A stretch of 60,731 nucleotides of DNA from a virus (lineage: Duplodnaviria > Caudoviricetes), in IMG/VR virus record IMGVR_UViG_3300030061_001772, positions 1 through 60,731 of that record; one strand, 5' to 3'. Both the position numbers and the translations under genes were made by a program. Of this stretch, positions 8,934-18,200 are shown piece by piece. How positions within the stretch are numbered: the first letter of the stretch is position 1; every line of letters begins with the position of its first letter. The notes below the pieces were generated by a model. That model was not told the origin of the DNA. It was given only the letters and a program-made list of their open reading frames with translations, and ran no database searches.

Positions 8934-9209
8934 TTATTTATTTTTTTTAGTGTATAATTGTGCGTCAATTTCTCTGCACCAATCTCTAAGTTCTTCTACT
9001 TCTTTTTCTAACCTATTAATATGGTCAGTATGCCAATCTTGTTTTAAATCATATTCTATACGATCTATAACGGCTTCTGGTAAAGCTTTAGCTTCTGCTA
9101 TATCATCTTGCAATGTGTAATACATACCTACAAAAGACGATGTTATTACAATTATGCTTATAATTGTTTTTAAATCTAATTTAAACTCTGTTGACTCTCC
9201 TATTTTCAT
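8934..9209 (-). CDS. Membrane-anchored hypothetical protein
   Basis: One TM helix followed by a coiled coil. Confidence 0.7.
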   Translation of the reverse strand: MKIGESTEFKLDLKTIISIIVITSSFVGMYYTLQDDIAEAKALPEAVIDRIEYDLKQDWHTDHINRLEKEVEELRDWCREIDAQLYTKKNK

Positions 9210-12200
9210 TTTTTATTTTTATATAGTTCTTCTATTTTTTTAACTCTATCGGCTTCATATTTTAAAGTTGATATCAATGAGTCAGAAAGACCTAACAACT
9301 TTAAAGTATCTACTTGACTTTGTTTGTTTAATTTATATAATCTTGTTTGTTGTTCTGTTCTTTTGCTTGATGGAATAGCTTCTGATTTTTTAAGTCTAGC
9401 AGGTATACTATCATTTTCTATTAATCTTAATAGTTTATCCACTCTTTTTTGTTCTGTATTATATTGTTCTCTAATTACTTTTTTACTAAAACCTAAGCTA
9501 TCTAATTTCTCTACTTGTTCCGCTTTATTATAATTAAAGTATTTTTTTACATTAGCATTAGTTTTTTTATCTGCTTCACTTATATCAGTTCTTTCCTCTT
9601 CCTTAACATAAGGTGAATAAACTTTTTTCTTATCTGTTTTAGCAGGTTTTTTAATTTTACTAGTATATATCTTACCAGACTTTTCTTCTGCAGCTTTTAT
9701 TGTAGCTGCTCGAGTTCCTGAGTCTTTCATTTTCTTTATATCCTCTTCACTATAACCATGCTGCATAAGTATATCTACTTGTTCTGCTTTAGAATATTTA
9801 GTAGGATCTTCTTGTGCTTGTCTATACTTGTAATCTTCTTTTTCTTGTTGCCAATCTTCTGTTTTCTGCGCTTCATTTTTAAGTTGCCATTCTGGCCACC
9901 CTAATAACGTAGCTACCTTTTGCCATGTTTCACTTTCATCACTCATAGCGTATTGCACGTTTTCTATTTTTTGCAAAAATCTATCTAGTGGAACATTTGT
10001 AGTAGCTGACACTACTTTAGCAAAAGCTGTAAAAGCAGGGTTATCTAAACTAAAACCTTTATCAATCATTTCTTGACGTCTTTGTTTAGTATCAAACTGC
10101 CACGCAGCGTTTTTAAGTTTACTAACTTTATTTTTTATTGCAGGAGAAAATCCTAACAGTTGCCAAGCAGCATCTTGAAAATCTGGTTGTTTTCTTCCTA
10201 TTCTTTTATAAGCGTCGATGGCTGTATTTTTTAGAACAGATATAGTCATTCCAGCAAATCCAGTACCTCTTAATACACTGTCAAGCATTCCATTACCTGT
10301 GTTTAAAAACTTATCTTCTATTTCTGCATCTCCTAGATCATCATCAAAACCAATAGCAAAAGCTGCTTGCTGCATAAAGTTAAACCATAAGTTTTGCATA
10401 GCGCCATAGTAAAGTATTTTACCTATTTTAGGTAATGGATTTCCTCCACGTTTATTAATTATATCTTTTATTTCAGTAAGTTGTAATCTATTGTATTGCA
10501 TAGGAGTATTAACGAACTGTAATAGTATTCTACCCATGTCACCTGACTGCTGTTGAGATATTTTACTAGGATCACTTGATTGTTGAGATTTTTCAGAAAG
10601 CTCCATGAATTCTCCAAAAGCTTTAGTCTTAGCTTCTGCCTCAGACAAACCTTCTTTCTTCATAATATCATTAATCCTATTTCTATACCACATAGAACCA
10701 CCAGAAGCAATAGCAAAACTATCCGCAAATTTTGTAGGTAAATATCCTTTTTCTAATATATAGTTTACAGCAGCTTTAGCTTTATTACCACTAGTAGCAG
10801 CGGCGTCAGCTATTTCACTTTCAGATATGTTAAGTTTTAAACCATTACGCCTATCAACTAAATAATCAGAGTTCATTATATCTACAAAATCTTTCCAATA
10901 TTGCTTTTGGTTAGCAAAAGCTTTACCCATTTTTAACGGGTTGTTAAAAGACGTGTTAGTATAATTAGCAGATGAAAGCGTTTGAAGTATAGCAGATCTC
11001 ATGTTTAAGAACATTATAGTTCCTTGAGCATTGTTTATATAATCTAAAGCTCTATCACTTAATCTATTTCCACTTTGTATTCTGTTTTTACCAGCTTTCA
11101 TTCTGGCTAAACTATTACTTAAAGCTTCTCTATACTTAGGTCCATAAGCGGCTTCAAGCTTGTTCATGTTCTTTTCAGAAAACATAACATCAACATTAGC
11201 TTGCCATTCAGTAAGATATTTGCCTCTTTTTGAAGTGTTTAACAAGTCTATAAAATCTGTTGTTATAGTACCGGATAACCAATGTTCTTTAGGTTTAGCA
11301 TAACCATCTCCTTTAGTAATGGAAAGTATTTGATTAGCAAATGTAGAAAGCTTAGGATCATTTTCTACTATTTTATTTAGTTCAGCTAAATCTGTTTTAG
11401 ATAATCCTGGAACTTCATAGCCCATTTTGCTATACAAGTTAACTCTAACAGCTTGTTCTTTAGTAAAACCAGACTTTGTATTTTCTCTTAAATCTTTTGG
11501 TACATCTAACTCTTGCTTTAACTTTTTAAAATCTTGCATTAAATTAACTCTATCTTGAGATAAAGCTCGTTGAGCTCTGTTATAAGGTTTATATAATGTT
11601 TCATTGTAAAACTCTCTTTGAGCATCACCTTCTTTTCCTTTTCCTAAAGTATAATCCATTAAGCCAGAAAAATCTTGAGCTGACGGACCCATTAATTTAT
11701 AACTACTTACTTCAGCGCCTCTTACTTTTGCTTTAGCTTTTGAAAACTCTTTTTCAGCACCAATACCAGTTTTATTTTCTATTATCTGGTTAAACTTTTT
11801 GTCTAACTCTACAGAGCTTTTATTTATTCTAGCTTGCTGTACTTGAGATTTGACATCAATAGGTTCTAAAGCTTTTTTAACAGCTTCTACATTAGCCATA
11901 GCATCATCGGCAAAGTAAAAGTCATTATAACCTTCAGCGGCTTTACCAACTATCCATTCTGCTTTAGCTTCGCCTGTAGAGTTTCCAAGACCTTTTATAT
12001 TTTCTAAAGGAATATCAATACCCATTTGTTTTAAAAACTCATGAATAGCAGGTGCCGATTCAGCTGCTCTTGCAGTCAAGATAAACATATCTCTATCTCC
12101 CTCTGCTTCTTTCATTTTCTTCATTAAGTCAAATAATGGACCTTTCTTACCGTCAACAACTTTATTAAAATCAGAAAAATCCATTTTCCACCCAGCGTCA

Positions 12201-15200
12201 ACTAAATCTTTACCATCTTTTGCAAACTCTTCAGCTGTTAATGTTTTCTTTTCACCACCTTTAGTAGCAAACACCTTACTCTTAGTTCTAGCAACTGTAT
12301 CATCAAAGTCAAATACTCTAGCTTTTTTAACTGGTGGATTAATTCTTCTTGCTTCTTCTAAAGCTTTATCAGCAGTCTTTGTTATATCTATAAGCTCACC
12401 TTTAGATTTACCTTTAGTAGAGGATTTATTTAGATAAGATATTTTTTCAACTACTTTTCTATCATAATTTGTAACCTCTTCACCACGCTCCATTTTGGCT
12501 GCTATCTCATGAGCTTTACCTTCTTTTGAAGCTTCAAAATCTTTTGTTTCGATGTATTTTGCTAAGTTTAATACAGCTCTTGATCTTCCATCTCCTAGCG
12601 TACGTCTGTTAAACATTCTAGCATATCTCGCATCCTCTTTAAATATAAGACCTTCTCTTGGGCTTTCTACTTTAAACTGTTCAGCTAAAACATTATCAAA
12701 GCTTTCATTAACTAAAGCTGTTTCGTACTCATCAAATATTTCTTTAACTTTTTCAAAAGACTTTTCTTTAAACTCTAAACCATTCCAGTTATTTTTGTTT
12801 TGCATTTCAGCTACAATCCTACGTAACATTGGATCAGCTGCTTTCTTATGCTCTACGGTTAATTCTGTCAACACATCTCCTTCAAAAGGTATCATTACAT
12901 CTGCTAAGTTAGCTGCTTCTCTTAGATGTGTTCTCATGTTAGTATTATAGCTATTTAGCTTTAAAAACAACATTTCTCTATCCATTTTGCCTTCTTTAAA
13001 TTGAATAAAGTCATCTACTATTTCATCAATTAAAGCGTCTCTAGATTGATCTGCTTCTATCTTTCTAGTTTCTACATCTAACTTTAGTTTTTCAAATTTT
13101 TCAGGATTGTTTTCAGCCCATTTAGCGTCTGCTTCCATTTCTTTGATATAGTCAAAAATGTAAGACATGCTCTTACCGGTCTGTTGAGACTTACTCATGT
13201 TAACTTTCTCGCCATCTAACTCTATACTGTTTCTTTTTAGATTACCATTTTCTTCTAACTTGTACGTTAAGTCAACATTTTTTTCCTTAAGTATAGGTTT
13301 TAGCCTTTCTAATAAAGTAGGCATTGCTCCAAAGAATTGACCTCTATAACCAGCTTCTCCTCCAGCTGTTATTAAGTGACCAGTATTATATTTTAGATAT
13401 CTTTCTACTTCTGCTTTCAAAGCATCACCTTCTAAGTTATCGATTTTTCTTTCAAAATAATCTATAGTTCTCAATTGTCCCTCTTCAGCCCTAAGTAATG
13501 CTAATTCTTTAGCGCTTTTAATACTTATTCCTAACTGAGCCTGAAGCTTTGCGGCTTCTTTAGATATAGCTTGAACCTCTGTTAATGCTTCACCAACTTC
13601 AAAATCAGCAATCTCTTTATCAATTTCAGATTTTAACTTTTTAGATTCTACACCATCTAGTATTATATTTGATTTATCATACTTAAACCCTTTACCTACT
13701 CTGTCTAATGTTTTTATCATTTCATTAGCCATCTTACCAGCGACTTCATTAGATATACCAAACCCACCTTCAAATGTATTTTCCTTAGCAAAGTCTTTAT
13801 ACATTTTAGCAATAGCTTTCTTCGACTCTTTATTAATACCTAATCTTACTTCTTTACTTAATCTTGGACTAAGTTTTTCAATAATACGATCATATATAGA
13901 GTTACTAATATCAAGAACATTAACTCCTTCAGGCATTAATCCTTCGTTAACTACTGTTGTTATAGCTTCTCTAAGTGCTGAGTTTTTTCTAAAATTAGAT
14001 ATTTCTATTTGCTGGTTTACTTTTTGTTTAAAATCTTTGACATCCCCTTCTTTAAACGCTCCATCAAAACCTTCTATAGCATTTCCTTCAGCCATAAACT
14101 TTTTAATATCACTCATGTAAAGATCTCTTCTTACATCAAATTCTTTTTTAGTTATTATACCTGAATCAAACTCATTTCTAGACGTTTCAAATTCAGCTTC
14201 AGCTAGATCTATTTTATTATCTATCTCCGTCTTACTATCTAATATTTCCATAAACCTTTTGCTCCCATAGCTATCTGCTATTTGATAAGCTAAACCGTCT
14301 CTTTTCGCTTGCCACCTGTCGGGTACAGCATCTTTTAAGAACTGTGCTTTATCAGCTTCGGTTATGTTACTCTTAAGCTTAACTCCTTTAGGACCTGATG
14401 TAAATCTATTATCTCTTCCAGTTGAACTCGCTTGAGCACTTTTTTCAACTAAGTAAGGAAAATTTCTAGATAAATAACCTACGGGCAACGTTTCTATTAT
14501 ACCGTCAAAAGCGTTATCAATGTATCTTTTGTAATCAGCTTTTTTCTTACCCATAGTCTCAGCTACAGCTTTTTGACCTTTTTTACCAAAGTCTTTTTTA
14601 AATTCTCTAATGAAAGGAGATATAGTTTGGTTTTTGCCAGCTGGAGTATTGAAAGCTTCTACTAGTTTATTAAAATCTAAATCTTTAAAAGTTTTATCTA
14701 AATCAGTTACAGTTTCTGGCTTTAATTTAGACTTAAGTAATACTTGTTTTGAAGTTAAAGGTTTATAAGTAGATTCAACAGTTTTTTCTCCAAAGTTTTC
14801 AAAAGAAGAATCTGATGGATCAAACCCAGCTTCTTCTTTAAGAGCATCTAATGATACATCTTTTTTCTCAAGTATCTTTTTTATGTTTAATCCTTTATGG
14901 TATATATAAGAATTAACCCAAGCAAAAAACCCTTTAGCACCACTCGTAGTTTGCTTTGACTTTTCAAAACCTTTTATATGGTTAGTCATTTCACCATATA
15001 CACTTTGAACAAACTCCCTATCTAACTCTTTAGTCCAACCTTTTTTGTACCTGTCGTAAGGTAATTGAGCTGCTATTAAGTTATCTAGTAAACCTTCTTT
15101 AACCATGATGTTCTGAGCTTTTTGAGCACCACCATTTAACCATTCTTTTTGATTTTCTTTATAAAGCTTGTTTATCTTAGGACCATTGTCTACTGAAGCT

Positions 15201-18200
15201 TTTCTAGTTTCAGCAGCAAACTCTGTCTTTTCTCCATTTATAAAATCTTTATACTCTCTTATAGCTTCATTAGCAACTTCACTTATTTTAGCAAAGTCTT
15301 CACCTTTAGCTTTACCAAACTGTAATAAAAAGTCTCTAACATCAACCCCATCTTTGAAGAAAGTATCTTTAAATGGAGTTTTGTTTTCCATAAATTCATT
15401 TAACTTACTCTTAAAATTTTTAAAGGCTCTTTTATTTTTACCTATATAAGGATCTAACCTGCCATCTCTAACCATTTCACCATATATAGTTAACCATTCA
15501 GAACCTAAATATCCTCTTTTATAGTCTGGATGATTTTTTAAAACTTCTAAAACTTCTTTATATTCACCTGTTTGTTTTAATACATCTATAAAGCTTTCAA
15601 CAAATTTTCTTCCTTCAGGTCCTTTTACATACTGTTCAACTGCTGGGTGAATTATCTCATGGAATAAAGTGTTTTTTCTAGCATCACTCATTATCTTAAA
15701 ATTCACACCTTCAGCAAGCATTGGCTTAGATCTCTCAAACTCTTTCTCCCATTCAATTTTAGCAGTATTAGCTTTAGACTTGTCAACAAAAACATATGGC
15801 TTCATTTTTCCTGTCTTAGGATCAACAATATCAATTTGGGCGCCGTAGTTGGTTTCGTTTTCTGTAGAAAATTCTTGGCCTAAGTCTTTCATACTTTGCT
15901 TCATTTCAGCAGTTGTCTTATACTCTTTGATTTCAGCCTCAGTTATCTTATCAATAGCTATTTGATTATCTATAGCTTCTTCTGCTTCATTTGCTTTTTC
16001 AATTTCTCTTTCTTTTTCTAAAAGAATCTCTTGCTCTGCTTTTATATTTTCTAGTTCTAGCTTAAGAGTACTTTCTGTTATTTCATTTCTTTTATAAGCG
16101 TCTTTTAATGATTTTTCTTTACCGTTTAATTCATAACCTTTAGCTTGAGTTTTGAAAAAGTCTCTTTGTGATTTAGAACCATCTTTAAATCCTTTAGCGT
16201 CGTTTACTTTAGAAAGATTTTCACACCATTCCATATATTTAATAGCAGATTGTTCGCTCATTCCAGCGCCCATGAGTTCTTTTACTAATCTATTTCTTCC
16301 ACCAGAACCTTCAAATCCAGCGATTTGACCCCAAGCTAATTGATCACCTAGGTTAGTGTTTTGCCCTTTAGAAATTCTTTCTAGTATTTTATCAATAGTC
16401 CCATTCATAGACTTTTCTCCAAAAGCTGTATTTTCTACACCATCTGAAGTAGCTCTGAAGCCATCTAATTCTGCTTTCAAGCTAGCAAACTTAGCAAGCT
16501 GATTAGCTTCACTAATAGCAGCTTTCTTTTGAGCTTCATTCAACTTTGGATCAGCTTCTATTTCTAATATTCTTTTACTTAAAGCTTCATTTATTTGGCC
16601 TTCTGTCCAAAAAGATTTACCATTCGCGAAGTTCTTAGTACTCCAATTACTTAATCTTGGTAATCCTAATTGCTTTCCAACAATGTTAAACTTACGAGTT
16701 CCAATATTATTAGTAAGGTTAAATACATTTTCTTTAATATGGCCAAAAGCTAGTCTTCCATCTTTTAAACCGGTTCTTGTACCCATAACCATCATAGCGC
16801 CATAAGTTTCAAGAAATGAATCCGCATCTAAAGCATGATCCCAAAATTGGTTATAGGTCATCTCGCCTGAAAACAATTCACCCAGAGAACCTACAAATTC
16901 TCCTGACTTAATGGTTAAAGTACCAATACCAGCTCCTAGCATTTTTTTAGGTACATATGTAAGTGCGCCAATTTTTTTAGGATTATTTATCATAATACTA
17001 TTAGCAGTACCCCATATTCTTCCCGCAGGTGTGCTGGCTCTACCAGTTGATTTAGATAACATGCTAGCGTTAAAAAGCTTAGAGTATCTACCTAACATCG
17101 TCATAGTCATTTTCATGCCTACAGCACCAAAAGCAAAAGTACCTACAGGCATTCTTTCTCTATTCCATAAAGCTCCACCTATTTGATTTGACCCTTCTAA
17201 TATCAGAGCTTCTTCAGCCATCATTTTAGTCCAACCTCCCATAACTGTAGACATGCGTCTAGAAAATTTTGGAGCTTTACTAGCTATTCTAGTTGCTTTA
17301 AATAGTATATTACTTATTCTAGTTACTTTCGTACCTATATTAGCAATAGCAGCGCCAGCTCCCATGCCTCTAGTTAAAACAGTAATTGCAGCTGCTTCCC
17401 CAGCCATTACAACAAAAGTAGGTGTTATTCTACCTATTTTATTATACATCGAAACATTTTCTAATTTACGATTTAACTGATTTTGTAAAACATTTCTTTG
17501 TACTTTAACCATTTCCCCATCTTCGTTTTCTTCTTCAACCTCTTCAGTTTGGGTTATATTAAAGTCCTCTATCATTGAATTAACAAATTCTTGTTGTAAC
17601 TCTTCATCACTTAAGCTAGTATATGCCATACCAACAGCTTCCGGCGTTCCTTCAACAATACCATCCCAAAGTCTACCAAGTTGATCTGTCTTGTCGCCTG
17701 TAAGTATATTACCCTCTAATTTTGCTTTTTTGTTTTTTAAGGTTAATATTGGATCGTAGTTCATCAGGTATACTTCAGATAATGCACGATATTTATTTAA
17801 CTTTGCATTATAATCTTGCACAACAGCAATACTTGCGCCTCCTGGTATAGGTGTTAACTCTTCAAAGTCCATTCTACCAGTTTCTTCAAATCGTTTTACT
17901 GCTTTATCGAAATATTTAAAATCATCCCAAACCAGTTTTGAATCATTATCAGATGTAAATCCAAAGTCTTGCTCCATAACTTCTTCCCAAAAACCATTCC
18001 ATTGAGTTCCAGCTTTAGGACCCATGTCAGATAACTGTCGAATATCATACATCATACTAGCTTGAAGATTTGATAATATATCTCTAACAGTGTTGTTAGT
18101 AAATATACCGGTGGAATATTGATCTTTTATTCCTTTAACTTCATTATAAGCTTTTAATGCCTCAGGTTGCAATGTGTTTGGATTTGGATTTCTAATAGTT

